DNA from: Octopus sinensis
Lineage: Eukaryota
DNA length: 64,000 nucleotides
Direction of reading: 5' to 3'
Assembly (NCBI RefSeq): GCF_006345805.1
Contig: NC_043009.1
Coordinates: forward strand, 68,138,001 to 68,202,000
The notes below the pieces were generated by a model that was given only the letters and a program-made list of their open reading frames with translations, had not been told where the DNA came from and searched no databases. The position numbers and the translations under genes were made by a program. Shown in pieces: positions 1-13,149 of this stretch. Numbering within the stretch: position 1 is the first letter of the stretch; the number at the start of each line of letters is the position of its first letter.

Positions 1-74
1 GCTGAATACATTTTAAAAATATCTTTAAACATAATATTTATGCGTGAAAAGAGTTAATCGTTGTAGGTTTCGTA

Positions 75-106
75 TTATTATTATTGTTATTATTATTATT
101 ATTTTA

Positions 107-179
<73 letters not shown>

Positions 180-186
180 TTATATT

Positions 187-217
<31 letters not shown>

Positions 218-248
218 TTTTATTATTATTATATTATTATTATTATTA

Positions 249-283
<35 letters not shown>

Positions 284-440
284 TTATTATTATTTTATTA
301 TTATTATTATTTTATTATTATTATTATTTTTATTATTATTATTATTATTATTATTTTATTATTATTATTTTATTATTATTATTTTATTATTATTATTCGT
401 AGTAGTAGTAGTAGTAGCAGGAGCAGTAGTTGTTGTTGTG
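75..440. repeat. (ATT)n microsatellite with (GTA)/(GTT) tail
   Basis: Direct inspection. Confidence 0.95.
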
Positions 441-909
441 GTCACAGCTATTGTTGTTTAGACCAAGGCCAACACTGACCGATCAGACCTATTTTCAAAA
501 ACGTTCCTCTCACCATAATCCCATTTTTCTAATGTGACCTTCCTTTATATAAAACGATGAGATCCAATTACTATGAGATTTAACTGCTATTTTCAGTACG
601 TAAAGTTACTGCATGTCGTGTATTACTCTCAGTCAATTTGTTAGTTGCTGGGAGGGGACATCGTATTTAGTTTTGCAGACATAATACTCTACGAAGTATG
701 TTTAAATATTTATAAGTCAAAACTGATCCACTCTGTGTTAGCAGTGCGTTGTTTTCATTTTGTAAAGTAGATCTCTACAGATTTATCTGCGTAGAATTTA
801 GAGCCACACTGAAAGCTGCGATGCTTTATATACGAATTCGTTTGGGAGTTCGTATGGGAATTTAATCATAACTAGAAAGGCGCAGTCCTCTCTTGGATTC
901 GGGAGCCCC

Positions 910-958
910 GTTACACCCACGTTACACCCGCGTTACACCCGCGTTACACCCGCGTCAC
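910..958. repeat. 11-bp minisatellite GTTACACCC(A/G)C x4
   Basis: Units at 910, 921, 932, 943 plus a partial unit at 954. Confidence 0.9.
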
Positions 959-1064
959 TTACTTGGTAACCTTGGAGCTGTGCGGGTCGTTAAATATTTG
1001 TTTAAATTTCCATGCCTTGAATCTGCATCTATCTTTTCTTACTGTTTTACTGTTTTTCTGATTT

Positions 1065-1430
1065 CATGGCATCATCATCATCGTCGTCATCGTCAACAAA
1101 TTCATCATTATATTCATCATCATTATCATCATCATTATCATCATCATGATCTTCACCATTGTCATCATCGTTACTGTCTTCATCATCAGCATCATCATCA
1201 TCATCATTGTCGTCGTCGTCATCATCATCATCATCATCATCATTATCATCTCCGTCATCATCATTATCATCATCATTATGATCCTCACCATTGTCATCGT
1301 CATTGTCATCATCATCATCGTCATCATCATCATTAGCATCTTCATTACTATTGTCATCATCTTCATCATCATCATTCATCACCACCACCACCACCACCAC
1401 CACCATCATCATCTTCATCATCACCATTAT
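1065..1430. repeat. (CAT)n/(CAC)n degenerate microsatellite
   Basis: Direct inspection; source of the poly-H/D/I/M ORFs. Confidence 0.95.
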
Positions 1431-1689
1431 CCTTTACACCCAGAACAATCACCATTACAACCACCATCACCCGTCATTTTCACCATCCTCCCCATCGTGA
1501 TTTTTACTATCCACCCCCTTCTCTTCATCACCACCAACAACAAAAACAACACCAACTGCACCAGCATCATCAACAACAACATCCCTAAGCTGCTGCGCTT
1601 TAAGTTTGTCGATTTAATCTAGTAAAACCCATGCTAACTCCACATGTGACATGTAGAAAGAGTAATTTTTCTTCTCCCTTCCTTTCCAG

Positions 1690-1772
1690 ATTAACTATGA
1701 CAGCCACATGTCCGATGAAACTGGAAAAGTTCCCCCTTGATATACAAACTTGCTCGATATTTATAAAAAGCT
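1690..1772 (+). CDS. Exon A (83 bp): Cys-loop and start of loop B
   Basis: Acceptor ccttcctttccag|A and donor T|gtaagt. Encodes (R)LTMTATCPMKLEKFPLDIQTCSIFIKS with the C-x13-C Cys-loop (FPLD). The 83-bp phase 2 to phase 1 exon matches the conserved GlyR/GABA-A Cys-loop exon layout. Confidence 0.93.
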
Positions 1773-2007
1773 GTAAGTTCTCGATATTTCTTTTGTTTTT
1801 CTTAGTCTTTTTTTCAATTTTTATTTTTGCTTGTTTATTTTGTTCCTTCTCTTCTTCACCACCCTCCCCTACCCCCCGAACACCCCCTCCTTCGCTACCG
1901 CTAACATAACTGGAACTTTGCCTAATTCTCTCTAATTGCTTGTAATATCATACTTTTCAATATGTTGCCTTTTTTCTTCTTTCCCTATCTCTCTTTATAT
2001 GCATGTA

Positions 2008-2073
<66 letters not shown>

Positions 2074-2106
2074 CAAACATACACGTGTCTCTGTGTGTGT
2101 GTGTGC

Positions 2107-2142
<36 letters not shown>

Positions 2143-3169
2143 TTATATACATCCAAAAGTACATGTATGCATATAAACATATATATGTATACACACACAT
2201 ACACACAGATATGTAAACAGCCAACCACATCTGTCCGTACGTAACGCATCGACACACAGACACACACATCTGCACTTATCACTCGATTACGCGCACTCAC
2301 ACTGCCACGCACTCACACACACACACACACACACACATATATGAATGTAACAACCATAAAAATCTGTTAAGATTGGAATGAGAAAAATGACAAGAAAATG
2401 AAAAATGATTAATTGGTGAGGAGACAAGTGTGAAGAGGGCCGAGATTTGATTGACGGGAAGCAAAGGGGCTGGGATGACTAAACTCAAAGGATGCAAGAT
2501 TTAAGATGTTATTACAAAAGTGCTGCGCACCCCTTTAACTACGTAATTAAATTTCTTTGCCATTCTCGCCATGGCTTTAATTATCCACAAAAACAATAGA
2601 TTTCCCCACCCCTGCCTCTTCTGTAACTTTCCACTATTTTCAGTTTTTCCATTGTTACGTTTTCATATCTGTCACTAAAAGTATTTCATTCTTGCGCCGT
2701 AAAGAGAAATTTGATGAAATACGTGAACAAATTTCAGGAAAATCTTTAAAATTGTGTTTTAGTCCCTTGTAATTTAACACACTCACCGGTAAAATTTCCA
2801 CATATTTACAACTATTGAAAAGGTTGCAAGACGCAACGGAACTTTTAGAAAATAAAATAAGTACGTGAGTGGAAATTTTACCGGTGGGTGTGTTAAATTA
2901 TAAGGCACTGAAAGAGAATTGCTCTCCCTAGACACAACAGAACATGCTTCAACATGTAAACTCACATGAAGAATCTTGCAAACCAAATCCAAAAACATAA
3001 AAATTGTCTTTTATAAAATGTGTCACAGAAGGTATTTCGCTTCTTGCAGCATAAGGACTGAGTTTGTTCGAGGACGAATAATTAAACCGCTTTCCGCAGC
3101 TCGCGGTGGTACGATTTTTAAACGCATATCTTTATCTCTTATTTGTAATACTTGTTCCAGTAATTAAAC

Positions 3170-3477
3170 TGCAGCCATGCTGGAGCAAGCCTTGGGGAAC
3201 GAATTGACCCCAGTAGTTATTTTTCGTTAAACCTGGGACTTATGCTATCGGTCTCTTTTGCCGAAGCGCTATGTCATGGGGAAATAAACACATCAGTACC
3301 GGTTGCCGCGGAGTAGTGAGGTAGATATTCGGAGAGACGCACACGCACATGCACATACATACATATATATATATATATACATACACACAAAACACACACA
3401 TATATATATGTATATATATGTATGTATATATATATATACACATACATACATACATACATACATACATACATACATAC

Positions 3478-3520
<43 letters not shown>

Positions 3521-3680
3521 GGAGTCTTTCAGCTTCCGTCGACCAAATCCACTCACAAGGCTTTGGTCAGTCAGAGGCCATAGTAAAATTCACTTGCCCA
3601 AGGTGCCACGCAGTGAGACTGAACCCGGAATCATGTAGTTGAGTAGCAACCTTCTTACCACGCAACCATATCCTGCGCCG
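3170..3680 (-). mobile_element. SINE-B (tRNA-like head, CORE-like ggcaccttgggcaagtg box, internal (TA)/(TG) microsatellite), full length
   Basis: Reverse complement of the family seen at 61803-62205. The 3' half at 3170-3330 and the 5' half at 3517-3680 are separated by an expanded microsatellite. Confidence 0.8.
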
Positions 3681-4322
3681 CCTATATTTTGCGCGTTTCT
3701 TCTTCAAAAGGTTAAAACTCGGTGATAAAAAAACATTAGATGTCGCCGAATAACGGTAAAGGAGAAAACAGCAATTTGTACATTATTCACCTGAGTTACT
3801 CCAGCAAATCTTGGGAAGAGACGGAGAGACAAACGTTGAAATATGAAGAATTATTCGATGTTCTGAAAAGCTCGCTCATGGCGCATTCATGGTGTAGTTT
3901 AATGGAGGCCCCCAACCCCATTCGTAGATCGTATAAAAATATGGGATCTGAGTGCAGGGCCGTTTGAATACCGCAGACAAAAAGTGAATTCATATAACAT
4001 AGTCGTAATGTCTACTGTTATTTCCATTCTTCACTTCCCCTTCTCCCAACTCATCATCATCATCATCATCATCATAATAGCCACCAGTGCCACAATCATC
4101 ATCACCACCGCTACCACTCAACAGCACCACCACCTCCACTACCCTAACTACCATCGCTTACCTTTTTCTTCGCCATCGTCAACAACAATGACACAATGGG
4201 ACTTTCCCGAACGTATACGAAGCGAAATAAAAAGAAATATACTAAAAACCAGAGGTGAATGCGAATATGGAGCTTAGAAGAAAAAACAACAACAAAAACA
4301 CGTGGACATAAAAGGCACATGT

Positions 4323-4361
<39 letters not shown>

Positions 4362-4407
4362 CATACATATGTCTCTATATATAGACATATGTATATGTCT
4401 ATATATA

Positions 4408-4452
<45 letters not shown>

Positions 4453-5257
4453 CACGGGAGTCTTTCAGCTTCCGTCGACCAAATCCACTCACAAGGCTTT
4501 GGTCAGTCAGAGGCCATAGTAAAATTCACTTGCCCAAGGTGCCACGCAGTGAGACTGAACCCGGAATCATGTAGTTGAGTAGCAACCTTCTTACCACGCA
4601 ACCATATCCTGCGCCGCCTATATTTTGCGCGTTTCTTCTTCAAAAGGTTAAAACTCGGTGATAAAAAACATTAGATGTCGCCGAATAACGGTAAAGGAGA
4701 AAACAGCAATTTGTACATTATTCACCTGAGTTACTCCAGCAAATCTTGGGAAGAGACGGAGAGACAAACGTTGAAATATGAAGAATTATTCGATGTTCTG
4801 AAAAGCTCGCTCATGGCGCATTCATGGTGTAGTTTAATGGAGGCCCCCAACCCCATTCGTAGATCGTATAAAAATATGGGATCTGAGTGCAGGGCCGTTT
4901 GAATACCGCAGACAAAAAGTGAATTCATATAACATAGTCGTAATGTCTACTGTTATTTCCATTCTTCACTTCCCCTTCTCCCAACTCATCATCATCATCA
5001 TCATCATCATAATAGCCACCAGTGCCACAATCATCATCACCACCGCTACCACTCAACAGCACCACCACCTCCACTACCCTAACTACCATCGCTTACCTTT
5101 TTCTTCGCCATCGTCAACAACAATGACACAATGGGACTTTCCCGAACGTATACGAAGCGAAATAAAAAGAAATATACTAAAAACCAGAGGTGAATGCGAA
5201 TATGGAGCTTAGAAGAAAAAACAACAACAAAAACACGTGGACATAAAAGGCACATGT

Positions 5258-5296
<39 letters not shown>

Positions 5297-5330
5297 CATA
5301 CATATGTCTCTATATATAGACATATGTATA

Positions 5331-5345
<15 letters not shown>
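3517..5345. repeat. Near-identical direct tandem duplication, unit ~935-936 bp
   Basis: Copies start at 3517 and 4453. Identical ORF pairs at +935 (3740/4675, 3984/4919). The only difference I spotted outside the microsatellites is A7 vs A6 after ggtgat. Confidence 0.95.
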
Positions 5346-5368
<23 letters not shown>

Positions 5369-5523
5369 TATATATATGCATACATACATATGTCTATATA
5401 TATATGTATAGACATATATATGTTTATATATATACACATGTCTCTCTCTATATATATACATATATATGGCTGTACGTGTGTCTATATATATACACATACC
5501 TATATACATACATGCACTCATAC

Positions 5524-5585
<62 letters not shown>

Positions 5586-6457
5586 GTATTTATGTGAATG
5601 TAGGATGAAATATTTGGATATAATATGCACTTTACGAAATTCTGTATATGATTTCTCTCTTTGAAACCGCAAACCGTAGGACATATATTTACGTTTTGTG
5701 CTTTTGCCAAGCGTCAGTACCACAAAAAAAACAACAACCCATGAAAGAAAAAGAAAAACAAAACTGATAACAAACCTTCAAACATTCTCTTTGGCAATCG
5801 CTATTTCTTCTCCTCTTATATTCTTCCACCAAACATTCTTGAGTGGTTCCTGTAATGAAATACTGGTTTGGGTATGGTTTCTCTATATTCTTATACTTTT
5901 ACTTACCGTTCCGAAGTAATGTGTTCGTTATAATGCATGGCTTTAGGCTGAGATGAGATTATGTGATGCTTATCTTCTTTCTGAGATGACTTTATATCAG
6001 CATGAAGGTTGTTGTGTCAGAAAAGTTCGTAGTCGGAATCGGGGTCTCAGAAACGCACCTCAAAGTGCTGCGTGCGAAGATGTCACCTATGCGCCTCGCA
6101 CGCATTCGCTTCTGTTGTCAGTCCGTAACCCAGCTCTGTTCACTGGTGCATACCAGTCCGAGTCGTAAAGATGGACTTCCCTCATTGTGTGGTCAGTCTT
6201 TTTTTCTCCGCAATGGCTATGGTCCGTTTCGGGTTTCTATGCGGAAACTATCGAAATGCCAAAATGTGTATGGCTGAGTTACCAGGAGATCCTTCACACT
6301 GTCTTTTACAAATATTAGACAAATATCTCTCATATAAAATGTTACCGTCTTAACGAAACAAATTTATACTAGATGATAAAATCTCAGATAAGAAAAAAAC
6401 CCAACTAAAATTGCCATTTTACGACTGGGATACTTTGATCAGACTAGTGACGTGATA

Positions 6458-6837
6458 TATGGTGGCGAGCTGGCAGAAATGTTAGCACGCCGGGCGAAAT
6501 GCTTAGCGGTATTTCGTCTGCCGCTACGTTCTGAGTGCAAATTCCGCCGTGGTCGACTTTGCCTTTCATCCTTTCGGGGATAAATTAAGTACCAGTTATG
6601 CACTGGGGTCGATGTAATCGACTTAATACCTATGTTTGTCTTTGTTTCTCCTCTCTGTGTTTAGCCCCTTGTGGGTAGTAAAGAAATAGGCATTTCGTCT
6701 GTCTTTACGTTCTGAGTTCAAATTCCGCCGAGATCGACTTTGCCTTTCATCCTTTTAAGTACCAGTTGCTTACTGGGGTCGATCTAATCGAATGGTCCTC
6801 TCCCCAAAACTTCGGGCCTTGTGTCTAGAGTAGAAAA
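6458..6837 (+). mobile_element. SINE-A, two-core (dimeric) form with 12-bp TSD
   Basis: Head ggtggcgagctggcagaa, then core, tail ...gtgggtagtaaagaaatagg, second core and tail ...ctagagtagaaaag. Flanked by agtgacgtgata (6446-6457) and agtgatgtgata (6837-6848). Confidence 0.85.
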
Positions 6838-7886
6838 GTGATGTGATAGGAGGCTGACTGGTAAATACTGTGTATTGTAAGCTGTAATAAGATAATACAC
6901 AGCTTTCATTTTGAACCGTGCAGGTCCTGTATCAATAGAATATGTTGCGGGAGAGGAGAACTGTATCTATTCTTAGAGTAAGAGAGCTACATAGAGCCGC
7001 ACCGGGGTCCTCGATGTAGAAACAGAAGAGATAATCATGAATAGAATCATTTTCGTTCTAGGTATGCTAGATGAGGGGGGAGGGGCTAGGGTGAAGCAAC
7101 AACAAACCTGACGATGACGGCGGCGGCGGTGGCGGCGGGACTATATCTAAAACTACACGTTCTGCCAGTAGCAGTGCTATCGCTGTATCCGCCATCGCCT
7201 AGTATCACCAGCATCATCATCAACAATAGAAGAAGGGGGATGGAAAAACAAAAAAAAAACAAAACAAAACAAAAGCAAAAACGCAAGGAGAGCCACAAGA
7301 ACATTAACAACAACAACAACAATGACAACGATCATGACGATGAAAACAACAACAGCAACAACAATAAGAACAACACAAACAGCAACCACAACAACAATAA
7401 CAAGTCACTTCTGATTTTGAATCTTCCCAGATCGACATCATGATAACCTATTAAAGCCACTAGGTTGTAGAAGGTTATCTTTCCTCTGCTATACACACAC
7501 ACACACACACAACAGAGGCATGCACACGCATGCGCTCTCACATACGCACATGCCCACACACACACATATATACGCACGCACACCTGACGGAATGATGGCG
7601 CGTTGCCAATCAGTCAGCATTGCTTCAATGGCAATGCCAACTTAGTTACAAAACTGATTGTCCGAATCACGGACACAGCAAGCTACAATTTGACCGCCTG
7701 TTGATTTTGCTGCTTTATTTACCAGTTTATATATCAGCGAGGTTTTCACGTGTAAAAATTGTGTTGAAAGTAATAACCTAGTAGAGATGTTAACATCCCT
7801 TTGTCTCCATCTCCGGATGAACACAATTAGCCAATATTTGAAGCAGCATAATAACACTCACACATCTACATATATATATAGACCTT

Positions 7887-8113
7887 ATAAAAATTAGTGT
7901 ACATTTAAACACAAAAAGAGTTGAGCCTTAACAGGTCTCCGTACATGCTAGAAGGAACAGTCAAAAAGTCCAAACCACAGTTAAGGGCAATTTTTCATTC
8001 CCTTCGAAACTGCTCTTAACTGTGGTTTGGACTTTTTGACTGTTCCTTCTAGCATGTAAGGTGAATTGTTAAAGCTCACCACCTTTTGTGTTTAAATGTA
8101 CCCTAATTTTTAT
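7887..8113. repeat. Fold-back palindrome (perfect 44-bp inner arms 7942-7985/8015-8058, imperfect outer arms)
   Basis: Paired positions sum to 16000; begins next to a (TA)n run. Confidence 0.9.
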
Positions 8114-8679
8114 TTGAAAAATATGTCTATTGACTTTGTATGCATGCTAGCCACTGGTAGAAACAAATTTCTATAATTTTTCCTGCCGTATATTAATTTA
8201 AAGAAATATATAGACCTTATATATAGACCACCTTTTCAACTTATCTATGAATATGTTGTGAAACCTACAGAGACATTCATAGGTATATAAATTTACTTAT
8301 GAACACGCGATTGTTGCAACTTTACTTATAGTAATCTTAGATCAGTAATGGGAAAGCTGTGGCCCGGGAGCTGCTCGCGACTCGTTTGTCCTTTCTGAAT
8401 GGCATATCTAACAAATAAAAAGATTTTGAATATGTTTGTATTGCGTCTACGTGATGAACCATGTCTGACACGGCCGACTTCTCGAAAACTTTATCCTTAC
8501 CTGTCTTGGATCTTTGAATTATTTACATTTGGCAGACAGATATTTGTCCTCATCTTGTTTGTTGTTAACACAACGTTTCGGCTGATGTGCTCTCCAGCCT
8601 TCATCAGGTGTCCTAGGGGAATTTTGAAACTGGGTTCTCGTTCCTAAGGTATTTTTCCGATGTTATTATTATCATTAGT

Positions 8680-8850
8680 CAGGTCACTACCTGGAATCGA
8701 ACCCAACTCGGAATCTTGGGGTTAGTAGCCTGCGCTCTTAACCACTATGCCATATGTTCGTGGGAATATGGCGTAGTGTTTAAAACAAATGTAATCCATC
8801 ATATGTAAATAATGTAAATAATGTACATAATTCTTCATCTCTCAAATATA
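8680..8850 (-). mobile_element. tRNA-derived SINE fragment (different family)
   Basis: Minus strand ggcatagtggttaagagcgcaggctactaaccccaag...ggttcgattccagg carries A- and B-box-like motifs. Confidence 0.6.
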
Positions 8851-9464
8851 GAACTGCTCTACCACCAGGTTTTCGCTTTGAGTAGAGACGTCTACAACAA
8901 TGCTGATGCGGAAATTCCTGGCATGAGTTTACAATTTTTTTATTTTAACATCAAGCCGGATCATTGATTTTAACTGCTGGAATTCCTCGATCATCCGTCT
9001 ATTTAATCGGAGTGTACACGAGATAGACATCAATGAACGCAACATCTGTGTGCGGTCGCAAGTACGTGTAACGTTGCTTTCACAATAAATTCAGTTTTCA
9101 GAAAGAAGCATCTACCACTCGCTGGATATTTTATTTCAGCTAAAAAGGCTTTACTTGCGAGTTGATCCTTCGTCCAAATTTTCACGTTTGAAACTTGTCA
9201 TTTGTCTTGTAATGTGCACGGATTCGAAATCCTATATTCTAAAGATGACCTCGTGCACTTAATAATTAAAAAAAATAAAAGTGCTACAGCTCTTCACGAC
9301 AATATTAAGCAGACAGTAGCTGGAGAATTGTCTGATTAGCGAAGAATGACTCGATAACTTGCAATCGCGAATATTTCGTTAATTACGCCATTGCTGTGTC
9401 GGAAGATCTCACATCTCTTATCTTCCTGCAGAACGTACTTTCACCAGACTGACTGCTGCTGCTA

Positions 9465-9504
<40 letters not shown>

Positions 9505-9638
9505 ATTTGCGCGGAATACTTTAAAAGAGACTGCTGTAACTCAGGTTATCAGACACAACATTCACATACACAGACACATAAGTTAGAGAGACAGACGTAC
9601 GTTTTTGTTGCCTAATGTCTAATTTGTATTTAAACCTA

Positions 9639-9698
<60 letters not shown>

Positions 9699-10006
9699 AT
9701 GTGTGTGTGTGTGTGTGTGTGTAGATTGGTGAAATGAAAGCTTGTTTTAAAAAGTAGGGGAAAAGTGCTCAACCCAGGGACTGTACAAATGTTTATTAGG
9801 AGCTGAAACATCTTGAATCGCAATTTTGAGTTTCATTCGAAACATTATTTTAACAATTCATGGAAGAAAGCAATTTAGAAATTTATAACAAAAAATATTC
9901 GTCTATTGCAATATGGTAGGGAGCTTTACATCGAGATTTGATTGTTTGCCTTAAAATTCTTTTAAACATTTACTTAATTGTCGTGTATGGAGCGTGTCAT
10001 ATTTTT

Positions 10007-10746
10007 GCCGGGCGAAATGCTTAGCGGTATTTCGTCTGCCGCTACGTTCTGAGTTCAAATTCCACCGAGGTCCACGTTGCCTTTCATCCTTTCGGGGTCG
10101 ATAAATTAAGTACCAGTTACGCACTGGGTCGATGTAATTACCTCAATCCGTTTGTCTGTCCTTGTTTGTTCCCTCTGTGTTTAGCCCCTTGTGGGTAGTA
10201 AAGAAATATGTATTTCGTCTGTCACTACGCTCTGTATTCAAAGTAGGCCGAGGTCGACTTTGCTTTTCATCCTTTCGGGGTCGATTAAATAATTACCAGT
10301 TACGCACTGGGTTCGATGTAATCGACTTAATCCGTTTGTCTGTCCTTGTTTGTCCCCTCTGTGTTTAGCCCCTTGTGGGTAGTAAAGAAATAGGTATTTC
10401 GTCTGCCGCTACGTTCTGAGTTCAAATTCTACCGAGGTCCACTTTACCTTTCATCTTTTCGGGGTCGATTAAATAATTACCAGTTACGCACTGGGATCGA
10501 TGTAATCGACTTAATCCGTTTGTCTGTCCCTGTTTGTCTCCTCTGTGTTTAGCCCCTTGTGGGTAGTAAAGAAATAGGTATTTCGTCTGTCACTACGCTC
10601 TGTATTCAAATTACGCCGAGGTCGACTTTGCTTTTCATCCTTTCGGAGTTGATAAATTAAGTACTAGTTGTGTACTGAGGTCGACCTAATCGGCTGGCCC
10701 GCTCTCCCAAAATTTCGTGTTTTGTGCCTAGAGGAGAAAAGAATAT
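10007..10746 (+). mobile_element. SINE-A four-core tandem array (unit 183-184 bp)
   Basis: Units start with tatttcgtctg at 10028, 10211, 10395 and 10579. The last unit ends in the alternative ctagaggagaaaag tail. Confidence 0.9.
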
Positions 10747-11197
10747 CCTCGTCATATTCTCATCACAATTCCGTTATCATTGCCGTAATGAACGAGGCAA
10801 GGGAAAGCGGCAGCTGTAAACGACGGTTTAGTGTTAATGAGTAAATCAAAGACCGTTTCAAAAATTAAATGACAATATTTCGGTATGTAGCAAATCAATT
10901 ACGTACGATTCAAACCATTTCAGTTAGTTGGTATTGAATTTAGCACTAGTAAATAGCGACAGAAGAGCTTACAAAAAGTCACCCGCTCTGAGTTCAGGTC
11001 TTTTTTGCGAATTTGTAAAAGGCTGCACTAATATTTTATATTTCTCAGCAGATGTTACAGAGTGCCGAGTTTCGAATGCCAATGCAGGAAACTCTTGGCA
11101 ATTCAGTCACCGATTATCAATATGCATACATACATACATTCATACAATTTATAGTTATGTATGTATATACCTATCTATCTATTTATCTATCTGTATG

Positions 11198-11232
<35 letters not shown>

Positions 11233-11698
11233 AGAAAACATAAAATGGAACAAGAGCGTAACAACAAAAGATCCAGACAGTTAAGCGATACAATAAAGGA
11301 GAGGAAAAAATAATGACGGGTTATTCGGAGCTTCTTATCTTCAGTTGAGTTCGAGACCGTCTTTGCAGTTTTGGCCTTCAATCCAGCCGACCCCACGAAA
11401 ATCTAAGATAAGAGCACTAGACCCTTGGAAGAAAGAAAGCGATTGTATACTAAAACAAAGACGAAAAAACGCAGAAATGGTACACAATTACAAATAAAAA
11501 CAGGACCAATAGGTATCTTTCGACTAAGGGCAAATTAAATTAAGCTGGCGTGTGTGGAGGTGAAGCCTTACGGTAGGAACATAACGGATGAAAGTCAGGA
11601 GAAGGAATATATGAGATGCTGCACGGATGGTAGTCCAACCAAGAAAGAAAGGACAGGCTTGGTGGGACACCGGTACACACACACAGAAACCCCCACCC

Positions 11699-11765
<67 letters not shown>

Positions 11766-12043
11766 CGGTCTGAACTCTGGCTTACGGAGTCCCTTTATGA
11801 CTTCTTCTTAACGACATATTCCATTTGTGATTTTTCAAATATAATTAAATCTCCAACTTTGTTTAAAGTTGTACATGTTGAGGCATTCTAAGGGAGATTT
11901 CTAAACGCTACGGGAAGATATTTGATGAAAGGGTGATATGAGGGAGGTTTGGTTACTATTTATAACAAACACAGATTTCTTTGTTGACAGTTTGTATTGG
12001 GCAGTATCCCAAGTATTTTGTATATATATATACATGTACATAC

Positions 12044-12138
<95 letters not shown>

Positions 12139-12840
12139 CCAACATACATATACATACATACAGAGATAGACAAACAGACAGATAGATATATCCTTAGAGA
12201 AGCTGGTCTCCTCAATCTTCCCCTCTCTTTCTTTGTATTCAGAAAGAGAGACGGATGGAAAGAGAAGATGGAGAGTAAGATGGATGGTGATTAAAGAAAC
12301 CAGCTTTTCTGTATTCTATGTTATAAATTCTTTAGTACCTGGCTTCGTATGTCAGTTCACTAAGAATGGTTATGTTTATGAATATTAACCTGTAATTAAG
12401 GTTAAGGAATTTCAGCCGCGACCTATTTCCAATTTTCACCAATAACTGAAACCACATTTACATCTGAAAGACTGCAGTGCTTTATGACACAACATGGCAT
12501 TTAGAAATATAACAAGAACATTTCTTGTAATTGTATAACATGGAAAATTTTAGTGCATTCCTAAAAATTTTAAATTCATTCCATATTCATTACGCTTTTT
12601 GGCAATGATATTTGATTAATATTTCACTATACAAACAGCATGATGCATTGATTTTGAAAGAGCAAGATGCTTCATGAGGTGTCAACATTTTCAGCGAATT
12701 TTTTCAGACAGTTGCTAACTGTATGGTTACAGAGTATATTTGCATATTTTAGTACTATTTTATACTTGTCACACAATACATCAATCTTATACTATTTTCA
12801 AGCACTTGGTCGAATATGAGTGTGTGTTTATGTATAAATA

Positions 12841-12891
<51 letters not shown>

Positions 12892-12900
12892 TAGGTATAT

Positions 12901-12935
<35 letters not shown>

Positions 12936-13115
12936 GACATATACATACATATACATACACGCACACACGCGCGCATATATAGACAGATACATACATACAC
13001 ACACATACATGCACACACACATACATACATTCATACATACATTCATATGAATATACATAAACATACATACATGCATTCATACATATATACATAAACACAT
13101 ATAGATATACACACA

Positions 13116-13149
<34 letters not shown>

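Noticed and set aside
10007-10746. Regularly spaced repeats suggestive of a CRISPR array
   Set aside because: The units are whole 184-bp SINE cores with no unique spacers, in a eukaryotic context with no cas genes.
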